From Halomicronema hongdechloris C2206 (lineage in GTDB: Bacteria > Cyanobacteriota > Cyanobacteriia > Phormidesmidales > Phormidesmidaceae), in contig NZ_CP021983.2 in the NCBI RefSeq assembly GCF_002075285.3, forward strand, positions 1,350,001-1,382,000: a stretch of 32,000 nt of DNA, read 5' to 3'. The translations under genes were made by a program, and so were the position numbers. This document shows positions 8,301-17,009 of the stretch, piece by piece (position 1 is the stretch's first letter; each line of letters begins with the position of its first letter). Below the pieces are notes generated by a model. It had not been told where the DNA came from. It was given only the letters and a program-made list of their open reading frames with translations, and did no database searches.

Positions 8301-10909
8301 TTGAGCCTCTCGCCAAAGTTGTCGAACGTGCTGGTGCGCCGCAAGTATTGACCATAGCCACTCCTCGATGACAGGAAAACATTGCCCCCAAAATCTTCTC
8401 CTTGCTTAAAGGAACGGGGAAATAGGACCGTGGCGTAGTGCAGGGTCTCGTTTTCGTCCAGCGCCCAGGGGTCTTTCAACCGTTGAGAGCTGCGCTGTTG
8501 GATGCGCTCCTGGTAGCGAGCATCTAAATAATCAACCTTGATGGCCAGCTCCCGCCGCATAAAGTCGAGCAGTACTTTAGCCACCTGCACGCGGGTTTCT
8601 GGAGCAGCGCTGACTAATGCCGGATGGCAGGACTGCCAGATGTCTTCGTCCTGGCAAACATCTTCCAGAGAAAGGTATTGAATTTCTAATAGCCCACACT
8701 GCTCCAGGTTGGGCGAGGTAATGCGCCATCCCCGTCGCAGGTCGAGGTAAAGCCGGTAGCCCAGTACATCCCGAAGGGCCTGATGGGTATCTTTTAGGGC
8801 CTGGTATTTAACAGCTGGGTCACTGGCATACAGGTCCAACGGCAGATTGAGGGCATCGAACACCCGCTGGGGTAGCTCATCATGGCGGAGCCCGTCTGTA
8901 CTGGCTCGTTCGACGGCTTTGTATAGGGCTGCCCGCAGGAGCCCCACTTCAATAAAGTCGTTGAAATGTCCGGCCTGCAGCGAGGCATCTTGGCGGTTAT
9001 CGGTAAAGCTGAGGAGTTTCTTCGCAGTTTCCGTCAGGTTAGAGCCCTTGAGTTTCAGAACTGAAGAGAGAGTGAGGATTGTCGTTGCGGTACTCCGCCC
9101 TTCTGATCCTAGAGACGCTAATTTCGCAAAGTCGGAGCGCTGGCGGCTGCCGTAGGAGACACCGCAGTTCAGGCAGAACCGAAAGGGCGTGGGTAGAAAA
9201 TGGCCGAATAGGTCAGGTTCCCCAATAAACCCATCCGTCTTGAAGTGCATGGGTTCAGGCAAATGCTTCTTGCGAGACTGGCGCACCCGTGGCCCTCGAG
9301 TGGGATGTTCCTCAATCCAGTCTTCTGGCAGCAAATTCAGCATGCCTTCTGGGTCTGTGGGCCAGGGATTTCTGGTGTTGAGATAGAGGAAGCCAGATTC
9401 GCTGACGTTGTCGTTTTGGGTATCGGATAACTCACGGGGTTCTAGCTTGGCCTGATCAACCGCGAAGTCATGGGTGCGCCTGACGGCGTAATACTCTTGA
9501 CCACATTCACGGCAAAATACCAGCGGCAGCAAAATGCGGCTGCGATCGCCCGGTACAAACTGCTGGGCCTGAAGGGTAATATGGCGCTCCTCTTCAGTGC
9601 CTAGGGAGGCATAGACCGTGTCGCCTTTGCTGATGAACTGGTGCAGCCGAAAAGCAAAGGGAGCAAAGTCAGTCTCAGGATGTTTAACCTTATGCCCAAT
9701 CAGCAACCCTTCTTTGATGGCTGCAGCACACTGTTCCTTAGGGACATCGATGAGCTGACTTAACGATTCAGCCGCCGCCTGTTTCCCAAGAAGACTTTGT
9801 GGCTTAGCCCTAACGAGACGCCCGGTTTCGGGCTCAGGTTCTACCCCAAAGGTGCCCTCAATCCAAATGGAGAGAGGGTCTTGGATAAAGGTGTCATACT
9901 CACTAGAGAGGGGATTGGGTGGATTGACAATCCGAGTTCTCAACGCCTGAATAAAGGCAGGGTCTTGAAACTCTCGGTCGGGAGTAGCCCGTTTTAGGGT
10001 TTCACCGATGATGTGCTCTGGCTTGACGGTAGTACCAAAGAGCTGAGTGGCGACCTTCGCTACCTCGGCCTGCTGTTCTGAATAAGTGCCGCCACTAGCA
10101 AGGGTGGCGGAAGTGCCGACACACTGGAGGCTGTCAGCAGCCATGCGCTCTCGCACCCGCCTGACCAGCAGGGCAACGTCTGCCCCTTGCCGCCCCCGAT
10201 AGGTGTGGAGTTCATCCAGTACCAGAAACTGCAGCCCCTGAGCCGCTTCAATTAGCTTGCGCTCCTTAGGACGGGTCAGAATCAGCTCCAGCATGACGTA
10301 GTTGGTCAGTAGAATATCAGGGGGATTGTCGAGAATCTGCTGCCGTTCGTCTTCTTTTTCTTGCCCGGTGTAGCGCTCGAAGGTAACCGGAGGTGAACCT
10401 TCGGGATAGCCTTGCTGTAGGAATTTACGGAGTTCTCCGGCCTGGCTGTTGGCCAGGGCATTCATGGGGTAAACCACGATAGCTTGAATCCCTTTTCCAG
10501 AACCCCGCTTCAGCACATGGTTCACGATAGGGATGATGTAGGACAGGCTTTTCCCTGAACCGGTGCCTGTGGTTAAGACATAGTTGTGGCCTTCTGAGGC
10601 TGTCAGCACGGCATCAAACTGATGCTTGTGCAGTCTGAGGGCAGACCCACTGCTCTCTGTTTTACCTTTTTTGACTCTGAATATAGAGGAACACTCTTCG
10701 TGGAGAATGTCACGAGCAACCAGGTCATCAATCCATTCCCCCGGTTCAAAGGAAGGATTGAGTTGAATCAATGGCTCTGGCCAAAGGACCCCCGACTTGA
10801 GCTTCTCTTCGACGTGTTGCTTGATGTGCTCGTCTCGAATCTGAATGAAGCTGGTGACGTACTTGCTGTAGTCGCCAATTAATCCATCGCGGAAGTCAAA
10901 AATATTCAT
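5366..10909 (-). CDS. Giant SF2 DEAD/DEAH-type helicase with DUF1998 (MrfA-type Zn-binding) module, Vsr/DUF559-like endonuclease-fold domain and an unnamed C-terminal domain. It resembles DruE, DrmAB and Hhe.
   Basis: 1847-aa ORF. Helicase motifs are [12 protein letters not shown] (I), [12 protein letters not shown] (Ia), [11 protein letters not shown] (II), GTSATL (III), [10 protein letters not shown] (V) and QRSGRAGR (VI). CxxC pairs are CRECG and CLNCG. The DUF1998-like part has [18 protein letters not shown]...CERC and [18 protein letters not shown]. The Vsr-like part is RPDFLY...[11 protein letters not shown]...GYTVLRFGY. Confidence 0.85.
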   Translation of the reverse strand: MNIFDFRDGLIGDYSKYVTSFIQIRDEHIKQHVEEKLKSGVLWPEPLIQLNPSFEPGEWIDDLVARDILHEECSSIFRVKKGKTESSGSALRLHKHQFDAVLTASEGHNYVLTTGTGSGKSLSYIIPIVNHVLKRGSGKGIQAIVVYPMNALANSQAGELRKFLQQGYPEGSPPVTFERYTGQEKEDERQQILDNPPDILLTNYVMLELILTRPKERKLIEAAQGLQFLVLDELHTYRGRQGADVALLVRRVRERMAADSLQCVGTSATLASGGTYSEQQAEVAKVATQLFGTTVKPEHIIGETLKRATPDREFQDPAFIQALRTRIVNPPNPLSSEYDTFIQDPLSIWIEGTFGVEPEPETGRLVRAKPQSLLGKQAAAESLSQLIDVPKEQCAAAIKEGLLIGHKVKHPETDFAPFAFRLHQFISKGDTVYASLGTEEERHITLQAQQFVPGDRSRILLPLVFCRECGQEYYAVRRTHDFAVDQAKLEPRELSDTQNDNVSESGFLYLNTRNPWPTDPEGMLNLLPEDWIEEHPTRGPRVRQSRKKHLPEPMHFKTDGFIGEPDLFGHFLPTPFRFCLNCGVSYGSRQRSDFAKLASLGSEGRSTATTILTLSSVLKLKGSNLTETAKKLLSFTDNRQDASLQAGHFNDFIEVGLLRAALYKAVERASTDGLRHDELPQRVFDALNLPLDLYASDPAVKYQALKDTHQALRDVLGYRLYLDLRRGWRITSPNLEQCGLLEIQYLSLEDVCQDEDIWQSCHPALVSAAPETRVQVAKVLLDFMRRELAIKVDYLDARYQERIQQRSSQRLKDPWALDENETLHYATVLFPRSFKQGEDFGGNVFLSSRSGYGQYLRRTSTFDNFGERLKLEDTDQIIRGLLQGLKIAGIVEEVLAPKKEGEVPGYQLVASALQWTVGDGTTPFHDPTRVPQLPEGGSRTNEFFVEFYRKIAATTQGLEAREHTAQVPSDEREKREQAFRTGDLSILYCSPTMELGVDIADLNVVNLRNVPPTPANYAQRSGRAGRSGQPALVFAYCSTGSSHDQYFFKRPDRMVTGAVTPPRLDLSNEDLIRAHLQAVWLAEAGLNLGSSLKEILKLDLVEDAPTLELQDHVLAALNDAGAKQRAKKRAHRILDTLKAEMDDSSLFNDTWLDNVFTQIAQRFENTCQRWRDLYRAALAQFNVQNRIIQDASRPARDKDQAKRLRREAEAQLELLTVSDNLAQSDFYSYRYFASEGFLPGYNFPRLPLSAYIPARRMRQGREEYLSRPRFLAISEFGPRSVVYHEGSKYLINRVILPVEGDEGTLSLGEVKPCPRCGYLHPVNDGVGLDKCERCAADLSTSLRSLFRLQNVTTKRRDKINSDEEERLRLGYDLCTGVRFPERDGHPSYQVATVKRKGKDLAKLTYAQNAELWRINLGWARRKNKDQFGFVLDIERGYWAKNEQATEEEDVSDPLSPRTSRVIPYVQDNRNSLLFEPKGSLRPEQMASLQAALKQAIQVTYQLEDNELAAEPLPNRDDRRLILFYESAEGGAGVLKRLLNDPTALASVAKAALEVCHFNPETGEDLGHGPQSEENCEAACYDCLMNYSNQRDHALLDRQRIRDVLMQLTEAEVLASPSSKSRTEHLDGLLNKTDSGLEREWLQYLQARGYRLPSEAQVLIPDCGTRPDFLYRDNATVIYVDGPHHDFPDRHKRDQNQADCLEDFGYTVLRFGYRADWAEILKRYPGVFGEGSVTSDTATSNENNKRDGHVDLDLFDARWRPIMEQLAQEHNWQVEAGGDVADGGRVVGEYLAEVSVNGRSMRLVDAEQPDFETVAELLKAQGFAVLAAQSEDPQLIQNLKASFQGDPT

Positions 10910-11023
10910 TGGGGATTAGACCACTAAGCCCTTAAATTGAGACCCTTATCTACTAAGGTGCCCACTATTATTTCTAAGTCATCAAATAAAATCCTTAAAA
11001 TTACGCAGAATTTTAATCTACCT

Positions 11024-11398
11024 TCATGCTTCAATCAAAGGCTCATGTTGAATACTCTTTTCCCCGAAATCTGTTTGCAGTAACCGTCGAATTAGAGTAA
11101 GTCGCTGGACGTCTTGTTGCGTTAACCAGGATTCAATTTCATAAAAGGCTTGTCCATTTTTATACTGGGTCCGTAGCGTCAGAATCGTTTCCGGCAGGTG
11201 GTGGTTATCTCCCTTGAATTCAATATTCAGATTTCGACCCCGCTCCACAATCATGTAGAACTGCTTACCCTCAAACACTCGCTGCCCAAGAGGTTGGTCT
11301 TGACAGAACCGTTCCAGGAGAAGCACAGCAGTTCCCGCAATCTGCTCTTGGGTCTTGCGGTCAACCGGGATAGGTTCTCTAGCTTTAGGTGATTTCAC
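11024..11398 (-). CDS. Hypothetical protein, third gene of the ParM-like operon
   Basis: 124-aa ORF. Its GTG start at 11396-11398 overlaps the stop of the upstream ORF (GTGA, 11395-11398), which suggests translational coupling. No family recognised. Confidence 0.45.
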   Translation of the reverse strand: MKSPKAREPIPVDRKTQEQIAGTAVLLLERFCQDQPLGQRVFEGKQFYMIVERGRNLNIEFKGDNHHLPETILTLRTQYKNGQAFYEIESWLTQQDVQRLTLIRRLLQTDFGEKSIQHEPLIEA

Positions 11399-11898
11399 GT
11401 CAAGTCATTGATGAAGGGATTGAGCCCTGCCATGATTGCTGCGTCGTCTCCTAAGAATGCTCGCAGTTGTTCATCGGCGGGGCCATCAGCGGGTAGAGAC
11501 TGATCTGGGAAGACTGCAGTTTTGCTGGGTTCTACTATTTTCATGGAGGTAGAACCAGCGCAGCGTTCTTTGGGATCTACATGAAATGCCAATGAATCAA
11601 GGCGATGTGGTTCAGATAAAACTTCCGGGGACAGCAACTCTGGGAAGAATTGCTCTTTGATTTCTGCAATCTGAGTCGTCAACTGTCGAATCGATCGCAT
11701 CGCCTGCCGCCGGATCTCATCCTCTGAAGCTGCCATTGCTGCCATGGCAAAGGGACCATAGAAACCGTTCAAAGCAGATCGCGTTCGAGCATGCAGGTCA
11801 TGGCGCGATCGCCCGCGACAGTAATCGATGACGGCCACATCCAACTCATCCTGGCTGGAGTACTGAATTCGGGCTTTGGTTCTGAATGCGTGGGTCAT
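11395..11898 (-). CDS. Hypothetical protein; its position suggests a ParR-like centromere-binding adaptor
   Basis: 167-aa ORF with ATG at 11896-11898, 42 nt downstream of the ParM-like gene. The N-terminal segment KARIQYSSQDELDVAVIDY could be a strand-helix (RHH-like) DNA-binding element. The assignment rests on gene order only. Confidence 0.4.
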   Translation of the reverse strand: MTHAFRTKARIQYSSQDELDVAVIDYCRGRSRHDLHARTRSALNGFYGPFAMAAMAASEDEIRRQAMRSIRQLTTQIAEIKEQFFPELLSPEVLSEPHRLDSLAFHVDPKERCAGSTSMKIVEPSKTAVFPDQSLPADGPADEQLRAFLGDDAAIMAGLNPFINDLT

Positions 11899-11940
11899 GC
11901 TTCCAAGTCCTTGTCTTGGGTGAGCGGGTTGAGGCGATCT

Positions 11941-13074
11941 CTAGCGGGGTTGAGCCGGTGCAGCGCTGTACATGAACGTCTTGAACAACCCATAGACATC
12001 TGCCCAGCGAACGCTGGTAATCAAATCAGGCTCTGCTGTCCCCTCCTGTCCTCGGAGCACATCCATCATTTCCGGCCTTAACGTCTCCGCCCAGGCAATC
12101 TGCTGAGTGAGTCCCCGCTGGTCAAAAAACTGCTTTAACTCTGCACGGATGAAATAGGCGGCACCGCCACCCACAATCACGTCCACTTCGGAAGCGGGCA
12201 GCCACTCCACCAAAAATTGATTGACTCGCTCCAGGTAAAACTCGCGAGCATAGATGCTGGCTTGAGACAGATCGAGGGCTTCCTGCCGACCGGGAATCTG
12301 AAACGTTTCATGGTTCTGAAGAATGGCTTCGAGCAAAGCTGGGTCATCGGGAGCGACACCAGGCAATTCAGTTGCACATTGCTTCAGGTACTCCACAAAT
12401 CCAGGTCCTCGAGAAGTGCTGTTGGTTTCCTGGGGAGTGCTGCCCTTCTCGAAGGTAAGGATGGAGAGATTGCGGTGGCCAAACATGAGGACAACAACAG
12501 TGCGATCGCGAATACTGATACCCGATTTTGCCAACTGCAACCCCTTCGCTAGATAAAGCCCCGCTCCCTCCGGCTGCATCTCGATTCGCTCTAGCTGCCC
12601 AGAGAGGACTTTGCCACGAAAGCTGAATTCTGAAATTGCCCCTTGCATCTGGGCTTTGAGTTCTTTCCGGTCTTGCCAGTATTCCTCCAGCGGCAGCAGC
12701 AACCCTAAATGAACTCCGAACTCACAACCAGAGTTGTCAGAATCATGTCTACTCAAAGTCTTGTCGGCAATAACGCCTAATGTCGCCAGGATTTTGTAGA
12801 CGGCGCGATCGCGCTTCGGCAGAGCTAATCCAGAGTCGCCCTTTTGAGCGATCGCGAGTGCCCCAACGGCATAGGTGCCATTGCCCACCGTGATGTAAGC
12901 ACTATCTTCCGGTTCCTGACTGGTGAGTCCGCCTAACGTGAGGCGATCGAGGCGGGAGGGGTTGAGGCGAGCCACTTGCGGAGCCAGGTGCAGTAATTCA
13001 GGTTTACGATGCCAATAAAAACACTTGGTCGCGGAGCTACCCATGTCAATGTAAGTCTGGAGCTTTGCAGTCAT
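11941..13074 (-). CDS. Actin-fold (ParM/Alp-like) plasmid segregation ATPase
   Basis: 377-aa ORF. The N-terminal YIDMGSSATK fits the phosphate-1 DxGxxxxK motif of ParM-type actins. VIVGGGAAYF fits the adenosine/GGG motif. The phosphate-2 region (VVLMFGHRNLSILTF) is divergent. The gene sits next to a relaxase and upstream of two small genes, as in parMR loci. Confidence 0.55.
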   Translation of the reverse strand: MTAKLQTYIDMGSSATKCFYWHRKPELLHLAPQVARLNPSRLDRLTLGGLTSQEPEDSAYITVGNGTYAVGALAIAQKGDSGLALPKRDRAVYKILATLGVIADKTLSRHDSDNSGCEFGVHLGLLLPLEEYWQDRKELKAQMQGAISEFSFRGKVLSGQLERIEMQPEGAGLYLAKGLQLAKSGISIRDRTVVVLMFGHRNLSILTFEKGSTPQETNSTSRGPGFVEYLKQCATELPGVAPDDPALLEAILQNHETFQIPGRQEALDLSQASIYAREFYLERVNQFLVEWLPASEVDVIVGGGAAYFIRAELKQFFDQRGLTQQIAWAETLRPEMMDVLRGQEGTAEPDLITSVRWADVYGLFKTFMYSAAPAQPR

Positions 13075-13655
13075 AAATAAAAGCCAAATAACGACTTGTC
13101 ATCAACAACATGAAGGCATTTAGAGAGCCCTGTCATTGCTAAATGACACTCTCATTTTGGCGAGTCGTTTTAATTCACGACTTAATCGCGGTTGAATTGT
13201 GATTTCTAGTAAATTTCATCAATGACATGATGCAGATTACTTCGATACTGCAGTGTTGGAGCACGGCTTGATCACGACTTAACCATAAGTAAAATGGTCT
13301 GTAGGCCACAATGAAAAAGATCCATGTCATAATTAACAACTTAAAAAAGGCTCTTTCACGATTTGAAAATGACTTACCAGAATTTTTGCGCTGGTTGCAG
13401 TAGACTTGCTCATAATTGTGATTTTCAAGAACTAATTTCACAGCATTTCTGATGACTGAAAGTCGGCGTTCTACCTGAGCTAAAACTGGAGACATCAGCG
13501 CGTTTTCTCAACAGCAGATTTCTGGGAGAGAACGACAGGCAACTGAATATTGGAGGCTACGCCACTCCACTGCGTTTCGTAGCTTCGCTTCCACACACCA
13601 CGCCCAGCCCTGGGCCAGGGGGTTCTGGAAACCCCGTTCAGTAAGGGATGCAGTC
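13075..13655. promoter_or_regulatory. Divergent intergenic region, mostly AT-rich (about 13075-13500). Candidate parC-like centromere and/or oriT plus promoters.
   Basis: It lies between the ParM-like gene (minus) and the RHH/relaxase operon (plus). The 11-mer TCACGACTTAA occurs twice (13175-13185, 13272-13282) and ACGACTT once more at 13091-13097. The hexamer TGTCAT/ATGACA occurs five times (13097, 13131, 13143, 13222, 13325). One pair forms a 7-bp-arm inverted repeat at 13131-13148. An imperfect palindrome GCGAGTCGT...ACGACTTAATCGC lies at about 13160-13189. Confidence 0.35.
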
Positions 13656-14018
13656 GTGGTTGAGAATCACCGCTCATGTATTGAATTCACGGAAAAACTG
13701 ATGGGTAAAGGATTTAGCGTATCGCTGCCCCTAGAAGAGGCCGCAGCGGTGGAAAAAGAGGCCAATCGGCTGGGATTGCCAGCAGCCAGCATCATTCGGT
13801 TAATGATGCGTGAGGGTCAGCAGCGTCACGAACTGGAGCACCAGATGGATGACCTGAAGGCCCGGATCGAGCGGTTGCAGGTGCGGTTTCAAGGTCTGCA
13901 GATTTTGCTGGAGACGATCGCTCTGGAGCAAGCCAATGCCCGAGGGCCACAAGCCCTGGAAAATCGGAAGGCGCTGATTCAGGAGATTCGCAAGCGCCAA
14001 GACCAGGTGGGCGGGTAG
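13656..14018 (+). CDS. Ribbon-helix-helix (CopG/MobC-like) relaxosome accessory protein
   Basis: The ORF opens with GTG at 13656, but ATG at 13701 (MGKGFSVSLPLEEAAAVEKEANRLGLPAASIIRLMMREG) is the more likely start. It has a strand-helix-helix pattern followed by a coiled-coil tail. The stop at 14016-14018 overlaps the AGGAGG ribosome-binding site of the relaxase. Confidence 0.6.
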   Translation: MVENHRSCIEFTEKLMGKGFSVSLPLEEAAAVEKEANRLGLPAASIIRLMMREGQQRHELEHQMDDLKARIERLQVRFQGLQILLETIALEQANARGPQALENRKALIQEIRKRQDQVGG

Positions 14019-14028
14019 GAGGTGGGTC

Positions 14029-16710
14029 ATGCTGAGCCTGACGGTGATCAGCCCCAACCAGGGCGAAACCTACTACACCGCTGAAAACTACTACTCCAAT
14101 GAGGAGAACCAGGCCAACTCGACCTGGTCGGGTAAAGGGGCCAGATCGCTGGGGTTATCGGGCCAGGTGCAGGGCGAGGCCTTTAAGAACCTGCTCCACG
14201 GCAACAGTACTCAGGGCGACAAAACCCTGTCGGGGCGGAAGATCAATCCCGAAAAGCATCGGGCAGGCATTGACCTGACCTTCAGTGCGCCGAAAAGTCT
14301 CAGTCTGGCCGCGCTGGTCGGAGGCAACGAAGCCTTGGAGCAAGCTCATCGCACGGCGATGGCTCGAACGCTAGAAGTCATCGAGGAGCGGTATGCCCAG
14401 ACGCGAGTACGGACGGAGGAGGGAAGAAAAGCGATCGCTACCGGCAATCTCATCGTGGCCCAGTTTCACCACGACACCTCTCGGGAGAAAGACCCGCAGT
14501 TGCACACCCACTGTGTCGTCATCAATGCCACGCAACTGGCAGACGGACGCTGGCAGTCCCTGCACAATGACATTCTGTTCAAGCAGCAGAAACTGCTGGG
14601 GATGATTTACCAGAACGAACTGGCAGTCGAGGTGCAGCGGTTGGGCTATGCCATTGACCCTAGAGCTAATGGTCAGTTTGAACTACAGGGGTATCGACCG
14701 GCAGACCTGCAAACCTTTTCTAAACGGCGGGAGCAGATTTTGGCGACGGTGGGAGAGAATGCCACGGCCCAGGAGCGGGAGCTGGCCACCCTGATGACGC
14801 GAGCACCCAAGGGCAAGGAAATTCCCCGGGAGGAACTGCGAGCTTACTGGCAGGCGCAAGCCGAGGTTTTGCATCTGGAGCATCCCCAGCCTCGGGTCCT
14901 GGACTGGCAAAGTGATCTGAAAAAGGCGGTGCAGGCAGGGCTGAATCATTGCTCCGAGCGGGAGGCGGTGTTCCGGCGAGAGCAGGTGGAGCGCTTTGCC
15001 CTGGAGAATCATCTGGGGCAGCAATTCTTTGAGGACTTGCAGCAGACCCTCGATACCGATCCGGAGGTAATTCACACCGATGATCAGCGGTTGACGACGC
15101 AGACGGCGGTGCTGAGAGAGCTAGAAACGATTCGGACGGTACTGGAGGGCCGAGGGCAGGTGGGGGCAATTGCCAGCGAAGGTTGGGTGGCAGCGACTTT
15201 GGCAGATCAGGGGTTAACGCAAGGTCAGTATGAGGGGATTTTGCTGGCGGCGACGACTCGCGATCGCGTTATTGCCTGGCAGGGGGTGGCAGGAGCCGGG
15301 AAAAGTTTTGCCTTGAACCAGTTCCGCCGGATTGCGGAGGCTCAAGGGTACACCGTTCGAGGCTTTGCTCCCAGTGCGGAGGCGGCAAAGTCGTTGGGGG
15401 AGTCGGCCCAGATTCAGCAGACAGAGACGGTGGCAGCGTTGCTCTGTGCTCAGCCCCAGGAGACACCCTCTCAGTTTCCAGAGATCTGGGTGGTGGATGA
15501 GGCGGGACTTTTAAGCGCAAAAGATGCTCTGGCGCTGCTGACCCAGGCTCAGGAGCAGCAGGCGCGCGTGATTCTGGTGGGGGACACCCGGCAGTTGTCA
15601 GCAGTGGAAGCGGGGAATCCATTCAAGAGCTTGCAGCAGGCAGGGATGGTGACGGCTTACCTGCATCAGTCTTTGCGGCAGAAGAACCGGCAGATTAAGG
15701 CTGGGGTAGATCTGATTGCGGAAGGGAAGATTGCGGAAGGAATTCAGCAACTAAAGCCATACATTCATCAGGTGAGTAGTGAGGAGGCGAGGGCGCAGGA
15801 GATCGCCCATGACTATCTGACCCTGACGCCGGAGGAGCGACGGAAAACGCTTCTGCTGGCAGGGACAAACCGGGAGCGGTTGGCCATCACTCAAGCAATT
15901 CGAGCAGGACTAAAGTCGGAGGGGCAGTTAGGCCAGAATGTTCTGATGCAGCGGCTCAAGGCCAGGGATTTGACCTCGGTGCAGATGGCCTATGCTCACC
16001 ACTTTCAGGTCGGTGATGTGCTGATGCCCCAGGCCAGTTACAGGCGATGGGGGTTGGAGCGGGGACAGCGGTATGAGGTGCTTGCAGTGGATGTGCAGCA
16101 GAATGTGGTGACCCTGCGGGCTGAGAGGGGACCTGCTGTGCAGGTTGATCCAGCCAGGGTTGGGAAGAAGTCGGTGTACAGGATCGAGGAGATTGAGGTG
16201 GCGATCGGGGACCGTCTGAAATGGACGAAGAACCAGGCCACGCTGGGCCGCCGCAATGGGCAGGAGTTTGAGGTCTACGGCATTGAGGATGGGCAGGTTC
16301 TGATTCATTATGGCAGCGGAAAAACAGAAAGTCTGAGCTGTTCAGAGCTGGCCCATCTGGACTATGCCATGGTGAGCACGACCTACGGAGCTCAAGGCAA
16401 GTCAGCGGAGCGGGTGATTGGGGCGTTGGATCGGCATCTGGGGCGGGAGAACTTTTATGTGACGGTAAGTCGGGTGAAGCATGACCTGAGGCTTTACGCT
16501 TCCGAGGATTTGGACCGGCTGATTGCGCGGGCAGAGCAGTCCAGGGCGAAGGAGAATCCAGGGGAGGTGGTGAGAATTCAGCAGGATGGCGATCAGCAAC
16601 TAGCCTCTGTGCAGACCATAAGGCATCAGAATAGCGACCTAAGCTTCCGAAACTTGGATGAGGAGAAGCAAGGACCGCCGTTGAATAACAAGATTGAATT
16701 GGAACGCTGA
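14029..16710 (+). CDS. MOBF-family conjugative relaxase (TrwC/TraI-like) fused to an SF1 (RecD/TraA-like) helicase
   Basis: 893-aa ORF with ATG at 14029, preceded by AGGAGG at 14016-14021. The N-terminus has tyrosine pairs (GETYYTAENYY) and WSGKGARSLGLSG. The histidine triad is HHDTSREKDPQLHTHCVVINAT. Helicase motifs are GVAGAGKSF (Walker A), IWVVDEAGLLS, LVGDTRQLSAVEAGNPF, TTYGAQGKS and YVTVSRVKHDL. Confidence 0.9.
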   Translation: MLSLTVISPNQGETYYTAENYYSNEENQANSTWSGKGARSLGLSGQVQGEAFKNLLHGNSTQGDKTLSGRKINPEKHRAGIDLTFSAPKSLSLAALVGGNEALEQAHRTAMARTLEVIEERYAQTRVRTEEGRKAIATGNLIVAQFHHDTSREKDPQLHTHCVVINATQLADGRWQSLHNDILFKQQKLLGMIYQNELAVEVQRLGYAIDPRANGQFELQGYRPADLQTFSKRREQILATVGENATAQERELATLMTRAPKGKEIPREELRAYWQAQAEVLHLEHPQPRVLDWQSDLKKAVQAGLNHCSEREAVFRREQVERFALENHLGQQFFEDLQQTLDTDPEVIHTDDQRLTTQTAVLRELETIRTVLEGRGQVGAIASEGWVAATLADQGLTQGQYEGILLAATTRDRVIAWQGVAGAGKSFALNQFRRIAEAQGYTVRGFAPSAEAAKSLGESAQIQQTETVAALLCAQPQETPSQFPEIWVVDEAGLLSAKDALALLTQAQEQQARVILVGDTRQLSAVEAGNPFKSLQQAGMVTAYLHQSLRQKNRQIKAGVDLIAEGKIAEGIQQLKPYIHQVSSEEARAQEIAHDYLTLTPEERRKTLLLAGTNRERLAITQAIRAGLKSEGQLGQNVLMQRLKARDLTSVQMAYAHHFQVGDVLMPQASYRRWGLERGQRYEVLAVDVQQNVVTLRAERGPAVQVDPARVGKKSVYRIEEIEVAIGDRLKWTKNQATLGRRNGQEFEVYGIEDGQVLIHYGSGKTESLSCSELAHLDYAMVSTTYGAQGKSAERVIGALDRHLGRENFYVTVSRVKHDLRLYASEDLDRLIARAEQSRAKENPGEVVRIQQDGDQQLASVQTIRHQNSDLSFRNLDEEKQGPPLNNKIELER

Positions 16711-16762
16711 TCAGCGATTTCCAAAAAAATGAGATCGAGAAGTTGCATGGCGTTAATTTTTC

Positions 16763-16999
16763 TCAGCTGCTAGTTGTCCTTGCTTTCCTCAAATTCAGCG
16801 CGATTTCTCGAATGCCTTCAGCAATTTTTTGAAATGCTTCGTCTTGGTTGGCCCAGGTGATGACAGGCCTATGTATTTTAGGCAACATTACAAGTTGGCT
16901 AAAGGGCACACCGGCACGATCTCTTGAGTAAGATGCTGTGGCTGGCGAGTTGGGTCTGCAAAGGGGCGTCGGCAGGGATGCAGGAGAAGTAGAGGACAA
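16763..16999 (-). pseudogene. C-terminal remnant of a TIR-domain gene
   Basis: 78-aa ORF. Its last ~55 aa (VPFSQLVMLPKIHRPVITWANQDEAFQKIAEGIREIALNL) match the usual C-terminal end of bacterial TIR domains (F..L.alPk..kPvt.W.n.deAf..ia.gIr). No N-terminal TIR core is present. The ORF abuts the stop of the 1177-aa NACHT gene. Confidence 0.45.
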
Positions 17000-17009
17000 T
17001 GGTTTTTCT

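Noticed and set aside
13175-13495. 106-aa ORF (minus) with one hydrophobic stretch in the par/mob intergenic region; also the 60-aa ORF at 13495-13677
   Set aside because: The first lies in AT-rich DNA packed with repeats that is better explained as centromere, oriT or promoter DNA. There is no Shine-Dalgarno-like sequence before the ATG at 13493-13495, and the composition is odd. It was kept only as part of the regulatory region.
14720-15169. Long antisense or off-frame ORFs inside the large genes, such as 14720-15169(-), 14683-15075(-), 15269-15622(-), 7823-8299(+), 5594-6061(+), 1144-1551(+), 1939-2364(+), 26401-26817(+), 26777-27208(+), 27079-27456(+), 19137-19520(+) and 19946-20356(+)
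   Set aside because: They lie fully within much longer ORFs that carry clear family motifs. Their translations are Pro/Arg/Ser-rich or low-complexity, as expected for shadow frames in GC-rich coding DNA. None has a recognisable motif.
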